Counted from the first letter of the stretch, positions 11,021-21,927 are shown. The stretch: 64,000 nt of DNA from an uncultured Spirochaetota bacterium (GCA_963745235.1 CAVUXE010000045.1:18087-82086), one strand, 5' to 3'. Numbers and translations are program-made. The notes: generated by a model from the sequence alone, not told the origin.

Positions 11021-11518
11021 CTAAAGTCTCTCCTGGATCTGGGTGATGTGGTTGATGTCATGTCCTGCCAGCATTTCCACCACGCGCAGGACCGTCTCTC
11101 TTCCGCGCTCGGAGTGCATGCCGTACAAGCTCCAGCTCTCCGGGGGAAGGCCTTTCAGCAGGCGAACCAGCCGTTCCCGGGCCGCGCGGAAGGCCTCCAG
11201 TGAAAGCACCGGGTCGTGCTTTGCGTAGTCGGAGAACTTTGCCCACGCGTCCTGGTCAATGCCCGGGATGGGCGGGCTGCCGGCTTCGAGGATGATGCGG
11301 ATGCGAAACCCGTAGACAAGCTCGGAGTCCGCCAGGTGAGCCAGGATCTCCGTGACTGACCACTTGTCAGGGGCGGGGCGCCGCGACAGCTTCTTCCGCG
11401 GCGCACCCTTGATGAGCCGGGCTATCCGGCGCGGACTGGCGGCCAGGATTTCCATCGGATTCTTTCCCTCGATGTAGCCGAGGATTCTCCGCGTGTATTG
11501 CAGGGGTGTTTCCTGCAC
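11021..11518 (-). CDS. DinB family protein
   Basis: KWSVTEILAHLADSE...DQDAW...GHDINH. Confidence 0.88.
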   Translation of the reverse strand: MQETPLQYTRRILGYIEGKNPMEILAASPRRIARLIKGAPRKKLSRRPAPDKWSVTEILAHLADSELVYGFRIRIILEAGSPPIPGIDQDAWAKFSDYAKHDPVLSLEAFRAARERLVRLLKGLPPESWSLYGMHSERGRETVLRVVEMLAGHDINHITQIQERL

Positions 11519-11527
11519 GGCAGAATC

Positions 11528-11854
11528 CTACGGGAAGAGCCCGGCAGGCAGGCGACCCAGGGGAAAAAGAGCGCGCGTCTTCACGCGCGCTGCCTCAAAG
11601 CTCTCGAGGCGCACCGTCGCAGTCCGGAGAGCCTCCACGACGATCCTGCCTCGCCCCGCGAATGTGACCTCGTTCCCGGCGATGAGCAGGGAGTCTTCCT
11701 GACGGCCGCTCGCCGTCACCCACAGCCTTCCCGCCACGCACGAAATACGGCAAGGCCTTCCCGTGAGCCGAAGCGATGCAAGCTCACCCCGCGCCAGGAT
11801 GAAAGTTGATGGATTCATACGGTGAAGAAAGCAAAAGCCGGGGCAGGAAACCAC
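11528..11854 (-). CDS. DUF2917 domain protein
   Basis: ISCVAGRLWVTASG..EDSLL.AG...IVVEAL; true start probably MNPSTF (~11818). Confidence 0.75.
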   Translation of the reverse strand: MVSCPGFCFLHRMNPSTFILARGELASLRLTGRPCRISCVAGRLWVTASGRQEDSLLIAGNEVTFAGRGRIVVEALRTATVRLESFEAARVKTRALFPLGRLPAGLFP

Positions 11855-11903
11855 CCGGTTCTTGCTGACCCGAAAGCCCCGCTAAGGCCCAGAGAATGGC
11901 GAC

Positions 11904-12164
11904 CTACTGCTCATAGCCCTCGACGACTCGCGTCGGGCGCACCTGCGCCACGTCGGGGTCCTGGCCGAACTCGCGCCGGGCCCGGCGTTGCCGCAACAGG
12001 TCCCAGCACTTGTCGAGCTCCACCTGGAGGTTCGCCAGACGCGAACGGTCTTTTTCGTCGAGCTTCCCCTGGCTGTAAAGCTCGTGTTCTTCTGCGACGA
12101 GCCGCTTGATATGGCCAAGAACGGGCTGGTCGCCCTTGTCCTTCATCTTTTCCGTCATACGCAT
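11904..12164 (-). CDS. DUF2630 family protein
   Basis: LVAEEHEL...LDKCWDLLRQRRARRE...RP..VVEGYEQ. Confidence 0.88.
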   Translation of the reverse strand: MRMTEKMKDKGDQPVLGHIKRLVAEEHELYSQGKLDEKDRSRLANLQVELDKCWDLLRQRRARREFGQDPDVAQVRPTRVVEGYEQ

Positions 12165-12240
12165 CCTTCAGTAGAAAATACTCACGGCCCTTTGCATCGG
12201 CGAATCCGTGGCTGGACTGTCCCGGCGCCTGCAGGGCGCG

Positions 12241-13179
12241 CTACACGAGCACGCATACCGTCAGCCAGGCAAAGACCACCAGTGGATAGAAACAGGCCAT
12301 GTTGAAGAACCGAAGCGCCTCATCCGGAGTCTGGTGGCGGAGCCAGCGCGACAGAGGTACGAGGAGCAGCGCGATGCCCGTGGCCGCCGCACCGGGAAGA
12401 TAGGCTGCGGTCTGCGGAATCGGAGCCACGAGGGGGAAGAGCAGGCTGAGGACGATGACCGCGGAGACGAAGGCGAAGGAGATCCATGAGGCCGCCTTCC
12501 GGCCGTAGCGCACGGGGACGGTCCTGATGCCGAGGTGCTTGTCCTCTTCCAGGTCGCTCCAGTCGTTGGGAATGTTCCTGCCGCCGATCTCCCAGGCGAA
12601 GGCCCAGGCGAAGAACACGAGGACCATTGCAGGGCGGGGCGCCGGCGTCACCGCCCAGACGCCGGCCAGGCCGCCCACGCCCACCATGAGCCCCGAGAGC
12701 AGCCCTTTCCAGTGGCTCACGCGAAGCAGCTTGCAATAGGCGGTTTCGAGGATGATGGCCCCCAGGAGAAGGCCGGCGCAGACGGGCCGGAGAAGGAACG
12801 CGAGGATGAGGGAAAGCAGGCCCCAGGAGACGACCCAGGCAATCCCCGCGCCATAGCTCAGGCTGTTCTGGGCCAGGGGATGCCGCTGTCCCATCGAGTC
12901 GAGATCGAAGGTTGCGTGGTCGAATCGATACCGCGCCATCTTCTCACGGTCCACCTTCACGTCGATGGCGTCGTTGAGCGCGAAGACGCAGGTGTAGCCT
13001 GCGAAACCGGCAATCAGTCCCATGATGATGGTGCGCACCGACGGCGCGCCTCCGAGGACCACGGCGGCGAGCGCTCCGCCGACCGCCGGATGAGCCACGT
13101 CAAGCACGGAATGCGTCATCCGCGACAGCCCGAAGAACTTCCTGAGCGTGACGACTTCCCGCAACTGCGCTTCTGCCAT
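12241..13179 (-). CDS. UbiA family prenyltransferase
   Basis: Multi-TM; Asp-rich motifs ALNDAIDVKVD and NDWSDLEED...GIRTVPVRYG; AAGGAG RBS before ATG. Confidence 0.9.
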   Translation of the reverse strand: MAEAQLREVVTLRKFFGLSRMTHSVLDVAHPAVGGALAAVVLGGAPSVRTIIMGLIAGFAGYTCVFALNDAIDVKVDREKMARYRFDHATFDLDSMGQRHPLAQNSLSYGAGIAWVVSWGLLSLILAFLLRPVCAGLLLGAIILETAYCKLLRVSHWKGLLSGLMVGVGGLAGVWAVTPAPRPAMVLVFFAWAFAWEIGGRNIPNDWSDLEEDKHLGIRTVPVRYGRKAASWISFAFVSAVIVLSLLFPLVAPIPQTAAYLPGAAATGIALLLVPLSRWLRHQTPDEALRFFNMACFYPLVVFAWLTVCVLV

Positions 13180-13192
13180 GTGACTCTCCTTT

Positions 13193-14157
13193 CTAAACCG
13201 GGACACCCGAGGCGCGGGCCCCGGCCCTGCGCGCGCGGAACATCCCATAGCGGCACAGCCCCCTGCCGAAGGCGAGGCGCATCAACAGGAAGGTGGGGAC
13301 TTCCCGCAGGGACTTGATCAGGCCCACAAAGCCGAAGCGCACCAGGCCTTCGGGCCGGAGGAGCCCCTGCCATATCGACGCCATCCAGGACGGCAGGGTC
13401 TCCGGGGTCCAGTCTGCCGTCTCCACGCTTCCTTCGACAAGCCCTGTTGCACCCAGGAGCTCGGAGAAGCCCTCGATGCTCGAGAAAGCTGGATGCGACC
13501 ACTGATCCAGGAGCTGCCGCATGACCGGCTTCTCCCAGAAGCTCAAGGGCCTGTGGCGATCGTCCCTTTGATTCCAATCCGAGACAACCAGCAGCCCTCC
13601 GGGCTTGAGAACGCGCATGAGCTCTCTCGCAAACACCGCCTTGTCAGGCATGTGCGGCCCCGCCTCGACCGACCACACTATGTCGAAGGAAGCGTCGGGG
13701 AACGAAAGAGCCATGGCGTCGTCCACGAGGAAACGGACGGGAAGCCCCCGCGGCGTCAGCTCCACGGCACGCCTGATCTGGCTCGGGCTGATAGTGACGC
13801 CGGTCACCTCGCATCCATAGTCCCGTGCCAGGATCCTGCTGCTGCCGCCTATGCCGCACCCCACATCCAGGATTGTCGTCCCGGGCTTGAAGCAGTCACG
13901 GCCCCCCCAACGCACCATCTCGTGCACGAAGTCCTCTTTGGCCTTGAGGAAACCCTTGCGCCGGGGGGGGAGCCGTAATGACCCAGGTGGATATGCTCGC
14001 CCCAATAGAACTCCAGGATACCGTCTTCAGTCCACGAGTCGTAGGAATTGGCGACGGTGCTCGACGATTGATAACGGCGGGCCGTCACCGCGTAGGAGAC
14101 TGTAGCGATGGCCACCAGGGCCACCAGCACACAGAGGACCACAAGGAAGGCGGTCAC
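13193..14157 (-). CDS. Cyanobacterial-type MPBQ/MSBQ methyltransferase-like protein (frameshift in G8 run ~13963-13970)
   Basis: N-terminal TM, YDSWTEDGILEFYWGEHIHLGHY, LDVGCGIGGSSRILA, WSVEAGPHMPDKAVFA, WEKPVMRQLLDQWSHPAFSSIEGF, SLREVPTFLLMRLAFG; matches my recollection of Synechocystis Sll0418. Confidence 0.85.
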
Positions 14158-14296
14158 AACGCTGGCTCCTCGACTGTACGGCGCGCGGAATGGTTGATGG
14201 TCACTGTGCTTCCGTTTCAGAAGCCAGTCTACTGCCATTCGACATAGCGTCAAGGCGGGGTCTTCGGTAGTATGTTAGATCCCTGCGGGAGGAAAG

Positions 14297-15067
14297 ATGG
14301 ACGGATCATCCATGGGTGGCGCGGGAGACAAACGATATCCGCCCGTGTCCACCCTCGACGCGAAGCGCTTGACGATGGTGGTCAAGGAAATCTTCTCTTC
14401 GGTGCCTTCAACCTACGATCGGCTGAACCACCTTCTGAGCTTCCGCCGCGACGTGGCGTGGAGACGGGAGACTGTCAGGCGAATGCGCTTCTTCTCAACA
14501 CACGCCTTTCTGGACGTCGCGACGGGCACCGGAGATCTCGCCATAGAGGCCGCGCTGCGAAATCCAAAGGTTGCCGTCACTGGCGTGGACTTCGTTGAGG
14601 CGATGCTCGAGGTGGGGCGGCAGAAGGTTCAGGCGCGGGGCCTCCAGGAACGAATCAGCCTGCGGTATGGCGATGCGCTCGCGCTGCCTTTTTCTGATGC
14701 GAGCTTCGATGTGACTGCCATTGCCTTCGGCATGCGCAACATACCGGACAGGCTGCGCGCGTTGCGGGAGATGGCCAGGGTGACAGCCCCGGGCGGCCAG
14801 GTCATGATCCTGGAGTTCACCTTCGCTCCGGCGCGCGGATTCCGATCGTTGTATGGGTTCTACCTCAGGAGGGTGCTTCCGGGTTTCGCCAGGCTCGCCG
14901 TCCGCGACACTTCCGCCTATCACTACCTTGCGGACTCCATCATGGCCTACCCGGAGCCTGATGCCTTCGACTCCCTCATGAACCAGGCGGGTCTGGTCCT
15001 GGTCCAGCATTTCCCCATGACTCTGGGCACTGTCTATCTCCACGCAGGTCGCACCCCCGGCCCCTGA
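14297..15067 (+). CDS. ubiE: Ubiquinone/menaquinone biosynthesis C-methyltransferase UbiE/MenG
   Basis: YDRLNHLLSF, LDVATGTGDLA, GDALALPF.D.SFD, AFGMRN, YHYLADSI. Confidence 0.9.
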   Translation: MDGSSMGGAGDKRYPPVSTLDAKRLTMVVKEIFSSVPSTYDRLNHLLSFRRDVAWRRETVRRMRFFSTHAFLDVATGTGDLAIEAALRNPKVAVTGVDFVEAMLEVGRQKVQARGLQERISLRYGDALALPFSDASFDVTAIAFGMRNIPDRLRALREMARVTAPGGQVMILEFTFAPARGFRSLYGFYLRRVLPGFARLAVRDTSAYHYLADSIMAYPEPDAFDSLMNQAGLVLVQHFPMTLGTVYLHAGRTPGP

Positions 15068-15153
15068 CCCCTTTGGATCAACGTCGGCTCGCGCGCGCCC
15101 GTGCGGCCGTGTATGCGCGCCCTTGCCGCACACATCGTTTTGGTGTAAATTAG

Positions 15154-15166
15154 TTTTACTGTAAAA
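15154..15166. promoter_or_regulatory. Palindrome TTTTAC-T-GTAAAA, candidate MarR operator
   Basis: Perfect 6-1-6 inverted repeat in an AT-rich patch abutting the marR ATG. Confidence 0.5.
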
Positions 15167-15630
15167 TGAATGCTCCCGATAGAACCCTGGCGCGAGACCA
15201 GGAGATAGCAAACCGCATCCTGGAGCTTTTCAGAGCGATGAAGCGCTACATCCGCGGCGAGTTCCCGCCCCTTTCCGAGCGGGGAATGAGCGAGGAAAAG
15301 CTTCGCTGCCTGGCGGCCCTTCGGTTTCTCGGGAAGAGCCACCTCAAATCACTGGCCGCCTATGACGGCCTTTCCGCGTCCAGTACCTGCATCATGCTCA
15401 ATCAGCTCGTGCACGAAGGCTTCGTGAGCCGCAGCGATGATGAGGCGGATCGAAGGAACGTCTTCTACGTTCTGACCGACGCCGGCCTCGCGGCCGTGGA
15501 TACGGCGCTTGCCCGGCGAGTCGACTTGCTGTGTGGGAGGCTGGAGAGGTTCGGCGAGACCGAGAAAGCGCGCCTTGCGGGCGCCCTTGCAACGGTCATG
15601 GCGGGAGTCGAGAAGCTCAGAACACCATAG
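15166..15630 (+). CDS. MarR family transcriptional regulator
   Basis: 154 aa; LV.EGFVSR..DEADRR...LTDAG winged-helix signature. Confidence 0.9.
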   Translation: MNAPDRTLARDQEIANRILELFRAMKRYIRGEFPPLSERGMSEEKLRCLAALRFLGKSHLKSLAAYDGLSASSTCIMLNQLVHEGFVSRSDDEADRRNVFYVLTDAGLAAVDTALARRVDLLCGRLERFGETEKARLAGALATVMAGVEKLRTP

Positions 15631-15649
15631 AACGGAGTCAAGCATTCAA

Positions 15650-17140
15650 ATGGGCATGATAAACGACAGATCGACGGGGGAGGGCTACGAATGGGTCGCT
15701 CTCTCCGTCACCACCATCGGCTCGCTCCTGGCATCGATTCAGGGCTCGGCCCTGATCATCGGGCTCCCGGATGTCCTGGTCAACCTGAAGGCGGAGTTTC
15801 TCACGATCATCTGGGTCCTTCTTGCATACCTCCTGGTGACCACGGCCGTCGTCCCGGTGATTGGACGCCTGGCCGACATGTTCGGGCGGAAGAACCTCTA
15901 TAACGCCGGCTTTGCCATCTTCACCCTCGGGTCCCTCCTGGCGGGGCTCGCCCAGGTGCGCTTTCACGGCTGGGACCTGGTGGGCGCGCGGATCGTCCAG
16001 GGGATCGGCGGAGCGCTGCTTTTCGCCAACAGCGCCGCCATCGTCACGGATGCCTTCCGCCACGGGAGGATCGGCCTGGGTCTGGGAGTGAACCAGATCG
16101 CCATTGCGGCGGGGTTCGTCCTCGGACCCGTTGTCGGCGGCCTGCTGACCGCCATCAACTGGCGGTGGATCTTTTTCATCAACGTGCCCCTGGGCGTTGG
16201 CGGAACAATCTGGGGCCTCATGCGCCTGCGGGAGCCGGAGACCCTCCCCGGCGGCCAGCACTTCGACCTCTGGGGAAGCATCACCTTCACGATCGGGATG
16301 GGAGGGCTCCTCATGGGTCTTTCCCTTTTCGCCTTCCCCTCCGGAGCTCCCTTCCTGCCCTACGTGCTGATGGGCGCTTCCATCCTGATCCTCGCCGCCT
16401 TCATCCTCATTGAGCGCCGGGTCCGGGAACCCATGCTGGACTTCGGTCTCTTTCGCCATCGGCTTTTCGCCCTCGCGAACCTCGCCGCGGGGCTGAACGG
16501 GCTTGCGCGCGGGGCCGTGCTCTTTCTTCTGACCTTCTTCCTGCAGGGCCCGTATGGGAAAGACCCCCTCCAGGCCGGCATCCTGACCGCTCCCTTCGGT
16601 CTTGCCTTTCTTGCGGTCGGCCCGTTCTCAGGCTTTCTCTCTGACCGCCACGGCTCGCGGGGCCTGGCCACCGCGGGACTGCTCGTTTCCAGCGTGGGAC
16701 TGCTCGGCCTTGCAACCATCACGTCGAATACCAGCTACCTGCTGCTGGCGGTCTTCATGATCCTGATGGGAGGCGGCTCGGGTCTTTTCAGCTCGCCGAA
16801 TACGAACGCCATCATGTCCTCCGTGGTGGCGGAGCGCCGGGGAATCGCGTCGGCCACGAACATCATGCTGGGGAACACCGGCCAGATGTTCAGCATCGCC
16901 ATCGCTTTCCCCCTGGTCCTGAGCCGAATTCCGCAAAGCGTCATGTACCACGTGTTTCTCTACGGCGGCGGAATGAGCGACTCGCCGGGAGTCCTCCGGG
17001 TCTTCCAGGGCGGGCTGCATGAAGCTTTCATTGTTTCTTTCGCCGTGACGCTGGTTGCCGCGGCCGCATCATTCCTTCGGCCAACACGAGAGACCGCCCC
17101 GGACGCGCGTGATGCGCAGGGTGGATCAGTGCCTTCCTGA
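15650..17140 (+). CDS. MFS efflux transporter (DHA2/EmrB-QacA type)
   Basis: GRLADMFGRK motif A, GARIVQGIGGA, GPVVGG, WRWIFFINVP; ~14 TM. Confidence 0.93.
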   Translation: MGMINDRSTGEGYEWVALSVTTIGSLLASIQGSALIIGLPDVLVNLKAEFLTIIWVLLAYLLVTTAVVPVIGRLADMFGRKNLYNAGFAIFTLGSLLAGLAQVRFHGWDLVGARIVQGIGGALLFANSAAIVTDAFRHGRIGLGLGVNQIAIAAGFVLGPVVGGLLTAINWRWIFFINVPLGVGGTIWGLMRLREPETLPGGQHFDLWGSITFTIGMGGLLMGLSLFAFPSGAPFLPYVLMGASILILAAFILIERRVREPMLDFGLFRHRLFALANLAAGLNGLARGAVLFLLTFFLQGPYGKDPLQAGILTAPFGLAFLAVGPFSGFLSDRHGSRGLATAGLLVSSVGLLGLATITSNTSYLLLAVFMILMGGGSGLFSSPNTNAIMSSVVAERRGIASATNIMLGNTGQMFSIAIAFPLVLSRIPQSVMYHVFLYGGGMSDSPGVLRVFQGGLHEAFIVSFAVTLVAAAASFLRPTRETAPDARDAQGGSVPS

Positions 17141-18097
17141 GAGGCGCGCCTCGATCTCGAAAGCGGTTTTTCTATCGGGCATTCCCCGACAGCCACCCGG
17201 AGCAGTTACAGTGCAGGCTGCAACGATGCTGGCAAAGCGCGCGCACTCTTTCAGCCCTTTTCCTTCCAGGAATGCCGCCAGAAATCCCGCGTCAAAAGCG
17301 TCTCCTGCGCCAATGCTGTCGACCAGCTCACCAATCTTCACGCCCGGTTGATGGAAGTGCTGGTCCTTTTCATAGATATCCGAGCCTGCCTCTCCCCGCT
17401 TGATGATCACGGCACGGACTCCAGTTTCAAGGAGCGAAACGGCCGCCAGCGGAAGGTCCACAGCGCCGGTGAGACCGAGGGCCTCCCGCTCATCGCAGAA
17501 CAGGAAGTCCAGCGCGGGGAGAATCCGGCGCATGGACGCCATCCAGGGCGGCGGAGCTTCGCGCAAGGGGAATTGGGAGTCCACCGAGGTGAAGATCCCG
17601 CGTCTGTGCGCTTCCTCATAGAGCTCGACGATGTCGCTGTCATACATTTGCGCGAAATGAAGGAAGCCGCCGCTATGAAGAGATCGCGTGTCCAGAAGGG
17701 TCTCTCTCTCTCCAGCATCATAACGCTGCGGCCACGGATCATGAGTTGGAAGCTGATAGAACAGGGGCCGCTTGCGGCTGCCGAATGCCAGCACGTATGC
17801 CCCAATGCCTGTCCGCGCCCCCTCGACGACTCGAACGTCATTGGTGTCCACGCCGCTCTCCCGGAGCTGGCGGACGATGACCGGGCCGAAGACATCGCCG
17901 GCAACGTTCGCGCTCACCGAGACTCTCAGCCCCAGTTTTGCCATGTCCTGGATCGCGTATCCCACTGAGCCAGCGACTGCCAGCTCCATTGCGGCGGGTC
18001 CCTCCCAGCTCCTGAGCGCGCCCAGGTCTTCGGGAGCTTCCCCCCGAATGAGGATGTCCACGTTCAGCGGTCCGATAGCGGTGACGTCATTTTTCAT
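17126..18097 (-). CDS. PfkB family carbohydrate kinase
   Basis: IIKRGEAG and DSIGAGDAFDAGF PfkB signature. Confidence 0.92.
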   Translation of the reverse strand: MKNDVTAIGPLNVDILIRGEAPEDLGALRSWEGPAAMELAVAGSVGYAIQDMAKLGLRVSVSANVAGDVFGPVIVRQLRESGVDTNDVRVVEGARTGIGAYVLAFGSRKRPLFYQLPTHDPWPQRYDAGERETLLDTRSLHSGGFLHFAQMYDSDIVELYEEAHRRGIFTSVDSQFPLREAPPPWMASMRRILPALDFLFCDEREALGLTGAVDLPLAAVSLLETGVRAVIIKRGEAGSDIYEKDQHFHQPGVKIGELVDSIGAGDAFDAGFLAAFLEGKGLKECARFASIVAACTVTAPGGCRGMPDRKTAFEIEARLSGRH

Positions 18098-18109
18098 GAC
18101 ATCAGCCGC

Positions 18110-19355
18110 TCAGTGCGTGTCCTTGGGGAACAGCCAATTCCACACGCGGGCGTGTCGGGCGATATTGGCCCGCTGGCAGTCCGGATTGATGTTCCCCTGG
18201 GCCACGCCTGCGAAGTACGCCAGGAGCTGTCCCGGCAGGATGGCGAGGACCGAGAAGAGAATGGGATCACGCTCGGGGAGGCGAAACAGGTCATCAACCT
18301 GGGCGCAGATTTTCTCGTCATCCGAGCTCACAATGCCCATTGAGGGAGACTTGAGCATCATGGTGACCTGGGCAACATCGCGCAGGGCGCTGTAGGCAGG
18401 GTCGTCCAACGGCGCGACGACGATGGTGAGGATGTCGTGTGTCGTCAGTCCGAGGGCGCCGTGGATATGCCTGCCCGGACACATCCCCTTGGCCGGGATG
18501 TGGCTCATCTCATCGTACTTGAGCGCAATCTCCTGAGCGGTTCCCTCATTCGCGCCCCCTCCCACAATGAGAACGCTGCGAATGTGGGCATAGCGCGTCG
18601 AAAGGACGCGGGCCCTTTCGCTTACCCATTCGAACGAGGCTCCCATGCTGCCCGGGCAGTGCGAAGAGCCTGGTCCGAAGGTCCTTCCAGTCTCGGGCCT
18701 GCGGCTGTCGGAGCGCGCCGATTTCCAGCGCCAGCCAGATGGAGGCGGCCAGGCGGGTAGCGTAGTGGAACGTGTCCGATCCACCGGTGTCGAAGCCTCC
18801 CGCGCACAGCACTACCTCGTCGCATTTCTTCGTGATGGGACTGCCGGCGATGCTTGTGAAAGCAACCTGGTAGGCTCCCAGCTCCCGGGCCTTCGCCGCT
18901 GCCCTGTTGCTATCCGTCGTGCTGCCGCTGCCGGAGTAGGAGAAGAAAACCGTCCGCCGGAAATCCAAAGGGTGCGGAAAGTTCACGACCTCCAGCGAGT
19001 CGTAGTCCTTCGCCTCCCAGCCTGCCCATTCCCAGAAAGCCGCGGACGCGGTCTGGGCAACAAACTGAGAGGTCCCCAGTCCGTGTCCGGCCATTCCTGT
19101 AAAGCCTTTCTCCACGAGCCTCTGGGCCAGGGCGGGGATGGTCTTCCTGTTCAGCGCAAACGTATCCTCGAGCGCCTTCGCCTGGCTCTTGATGTCGCCG
19201 TAGAGATTGAACGGGTGCTCCGTACGAGGGCGGGAGCCAAGGCTTCTGTACATGATCGGGTACTCGCCCGTGCCCTCGATCAGCCGCGAGAGGTCACCTT
19301 CCAGCACCCATCTCTGCGCCCGCGTTCCGGTCGTGCGATCGTAACCATCACTCAT
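18110..19355 (-). CDS. Tandem SIS-domain sugar-phosphate isomerase/deglycase-like protein (frameshift ~18640)
   Basis: DIKSQ..AL, GLGTS, SYSGSGSTTD (SIS1); GGGANEGTAQEIALKYDE..H, IHG, GNINPD (SIS2), as in GlmS C-terminal/FrlB family. Confidence 0.85.
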
Positions 19356-20901
19356 GAGAGGACTCCTTTGTACTGTTTGTGTATTCAGACGGCCGGGCGG
19401 TGCCATCCGCCTCCCCCAGGGCCAGGCCGAGGATCTTTTCCTGGCTCATGTGAGCCTTGTCGAGCACCGCCGCCACCCGGCCCCCACGCATCACCATGAC
19501 CGTGTGAGCCAATCTCACGATCTCGGGGAGCTCGGAGGAAATGAGAAGAACGGCGCGACCTCTGCCCGCCTGGTCTACAATGAGCTGGTACAGCTCGGAC
19601 TTCACGGCGATGTCGATCCCCTGCGTCGGTTCGGTCAGGATCAGGACATCGGGGGCAGCGGCAAGACATCGTGCGAGCGCCACTTTCTGCTGGTTGCCGC
19701 CACTCAGGCTGTTCACAGACATTTCGGTGCCCGCGGTCTTGATGCTGAGAGCCTGCACTTGCCGCACAGCGACTGATTTTTCCTCTGCATGGCTCAGAAC
19801 GCCGAACTTTCCAGAGATCCTGGGGAGGATGGACAGGGAGATGTTTCTCCTGATCGTTTCATCATGGAGGATGCTGTCGTTCTTCCTGTCCTCGGGAAGG
19901 TAGATCATTCCCCTCGCGATCCCGCGGGACGGAGTGGGCTCGAGGCGCTTGCCCTTGAGAACGATGCTGCCCCCGTCGATGGGAAGCTCGCCGAACAATG
20001 CCTTGCCCAGCTCAGTCTTGCCGCTTCCCGACAGCCCTGCGACGGCCAGGATTTCTCCGGCGCGGATGCTGAAACTGACCTCCTTCAAAACCGAACCGGA
20101 GCACAGCCCTTTCACATCCAGCAGGACCGCGCCGGGGGGAGGGGCTTGTGTGCCGGTCTGGGCTTCCACATCTCTTCCGACCATGTCGAAGATCAGGGAC
20201 TTCCTCGTGAACTGCGAAAGAGGCGCGGTGCGGATGTGGCGGCCATCTCTCATCACGGTCACGCGGTCTGCAATCTCGAAGACCTCGTCCAGGTGGTGGG
20301 AAATATAGAGGATGGTAACTCCCCGTTTTTTGAGGCGCCGGATGTTCCTGAACAAAGCGTCCACCTCGGAGCGATTCAGGGCGGATGTCGGCTCATCCAT
20401 GATCAGGAGCTCGGTATTGTTGAGGAGGGCCTTTGCGATCTCCACGATCTGCTGCTCGCCGACGCGAAGCTCTCGGATGACTGCCTCAGGAGACACGTCC
20501 GGCGCATCAAGGGTATCCAGGATGGCCCGCGTTCTCTTTCGCATGTCTCCGCCGTTGAGCCAGACGCCGCCCGTGACAGGCTCCTTGCCAAGGAACACGT
20601 TGCGGGCAACCGACTGGTCGGGCAGGAGGTTGAAGATCTGGTAGATGGTCGAAACACCCGCCTTCAGGGCGTCCTTCGGGTCTCGAGGCAGATAGCGGGT
20701 TTCGTTGAGCCAGATGGTCCCGGCTTCCGGCGCCGCCGCCCCCGCCAGAAGCTTGATGAGGGTGGACTTCCCGGCGCCATTCTCGCCTACCAGGGCATGG
20801 AGGTCCCCGCGTTGAATGTCGAAGGACACTTCCTTCAACGCGCGGACTCCCGGGTATGACTTGCTGACATTTTCGAAACGCACGTGGACCGGGCCGTCCA
20901 T
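19348..20901 (-). CDS. Sugar ABC transporter ATP-binding protein (RbsA/MglA type)
   Basis: GENGAGKST Walker A, MDEPT, second NBD LSGGNQQKV. Confidence 0.95.
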   Translation of the reverse strand: MDGPVHVRFENVSKSYPGVRALKEVSFDIQRGDLHALVGENGAGKSTLIKLLAGAAAPEAGTIWLNETRYLPRDPKDALKAGVSTIYQIFNLLPDQSVARNVFLGKEPVTGGVWLNGGDMRKRTRAILDTLDAPDVSPEAVIRELRVGEQQIVEIAKALLNNTELLIMDEPTSALNRSEVDALFRNIRRLKKRGVTILYISHHLDEVFEIADRVTVMRDGRHIRTAPLSQFTRKSLIFDMVGRDVEAQTGTQAPPPGAVLLDVKGLCSGSVLKEVSFSIRAGEILAVAGLSGSGKTELGKALFGELPIDGGSIVLKGKRLEPTPSRGIARGMIYLPEDRKNDSILHDETIRRNISLSILPRISGKFGVLSHAEEKSVAVRQVQALSIKTAGTEMSVNSLSGGNQQKVALARCLAAAPDVLILTEPTQGIDIAVKSELYQLIVDQAGRGRAVLLISSELPEIVRLAHTVMVMRGGRVAAVLDKAHMSQEKILGLALGEADGTARPSEYTNSTKESSHE

Positions 20902-20905
20902 TGCC

Positions 20906-21882
20906 TCAGGCTTTCGCCGTCCGCAGCCGGTCCAGGGAAAGAGCGATAATCAGTATGGAGCCCTGGATGATCTTCTGAATGTAGATGTCGATGCTCATGA
21001 GGATCATTCCGTTCTGGATGGTCATCAGGAACACTGACGCAATGAGAGTGTTGATGATCTTGCCCTTGCCCCCGGACAGGCTCGTTCCACCCAGCACGAC
21101 AGCCGTGAGCACCGGAAAGAGGAAATCCTCTCCCATGCCTCCCGCCGCCGAGCCCTGACGCGCCACTTGCATGATGCCGGCAAACGCTGCGAGCGCTCCG
21201 GCAAGCATGAACGCGTTCTGCTTGACGCGCGAGACGCTGATGCCCGCGAGCCACGACGCTTTCTCGTTGTTGCCGGTGGCGAAGATGCGCGCCCCGAAAG
21301 TGGTGTGGCGCAGTACGAGGTGAAATACGATATAGAGGAAAAACATGATCAGGATGGGGGCGGATACCCCCAGGAACCTTCCGCTGGCAATGAAATTGAT
21401 CGGAGTGATGCCGTCACCGTAAATCGTTTTTCCTTTCGTATAGACAAACGCGAGCCCGGAAAGTATGTACATCGTTCCGATTGTCGTGATGATGGGGTTG
21501 ATTTTCAAACGCGTTACGATGATGCCGTTCCCGAGGCCGATGAGCGCCCCCGCGCCTACCACGACCGCCCCTGCGGCAAGCGGTGGGACGTGGAGGCTCA
21601 CGAGCTGGGCTCCCATCAGGACTCCCCCGACGGTCAGGATTGACGGCAGGGAAATGTCCATGGTTCCCAGCAGGACGATGAAATGTTCGCCAATGGCGAC
21701 GATGGCGATGATGGCCGCCTGCCGCAGAACCGTGGTGATGTTGTTCAGGGAAGCGAAGGATCTGGTGGCGAAGGTGAGAAACAGGATCCAGAGAATGAAA
21801 ATGACGACGAACCCCTGCTCCCCAACGACGGCGGTCCATTTCCGGGAGGTCCTGGTGGCCTCCAGCGCTGCGTCCTGCTCAT
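20906..21882 (-). CDS. Sugar ABC transporter permease (RbsC type); start approximate
   Basis: DISLPS, INPIITTIG, FGARIFATGNN..AS.LAGI, AVVLGGTSLSGGKG. Confidence 0.92.
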
Positions 21883-21927
21883 GATTGCCTGGGCGAAAGG
21901 GGGAGACGGCTGCGTCTCCCCTCCGCT

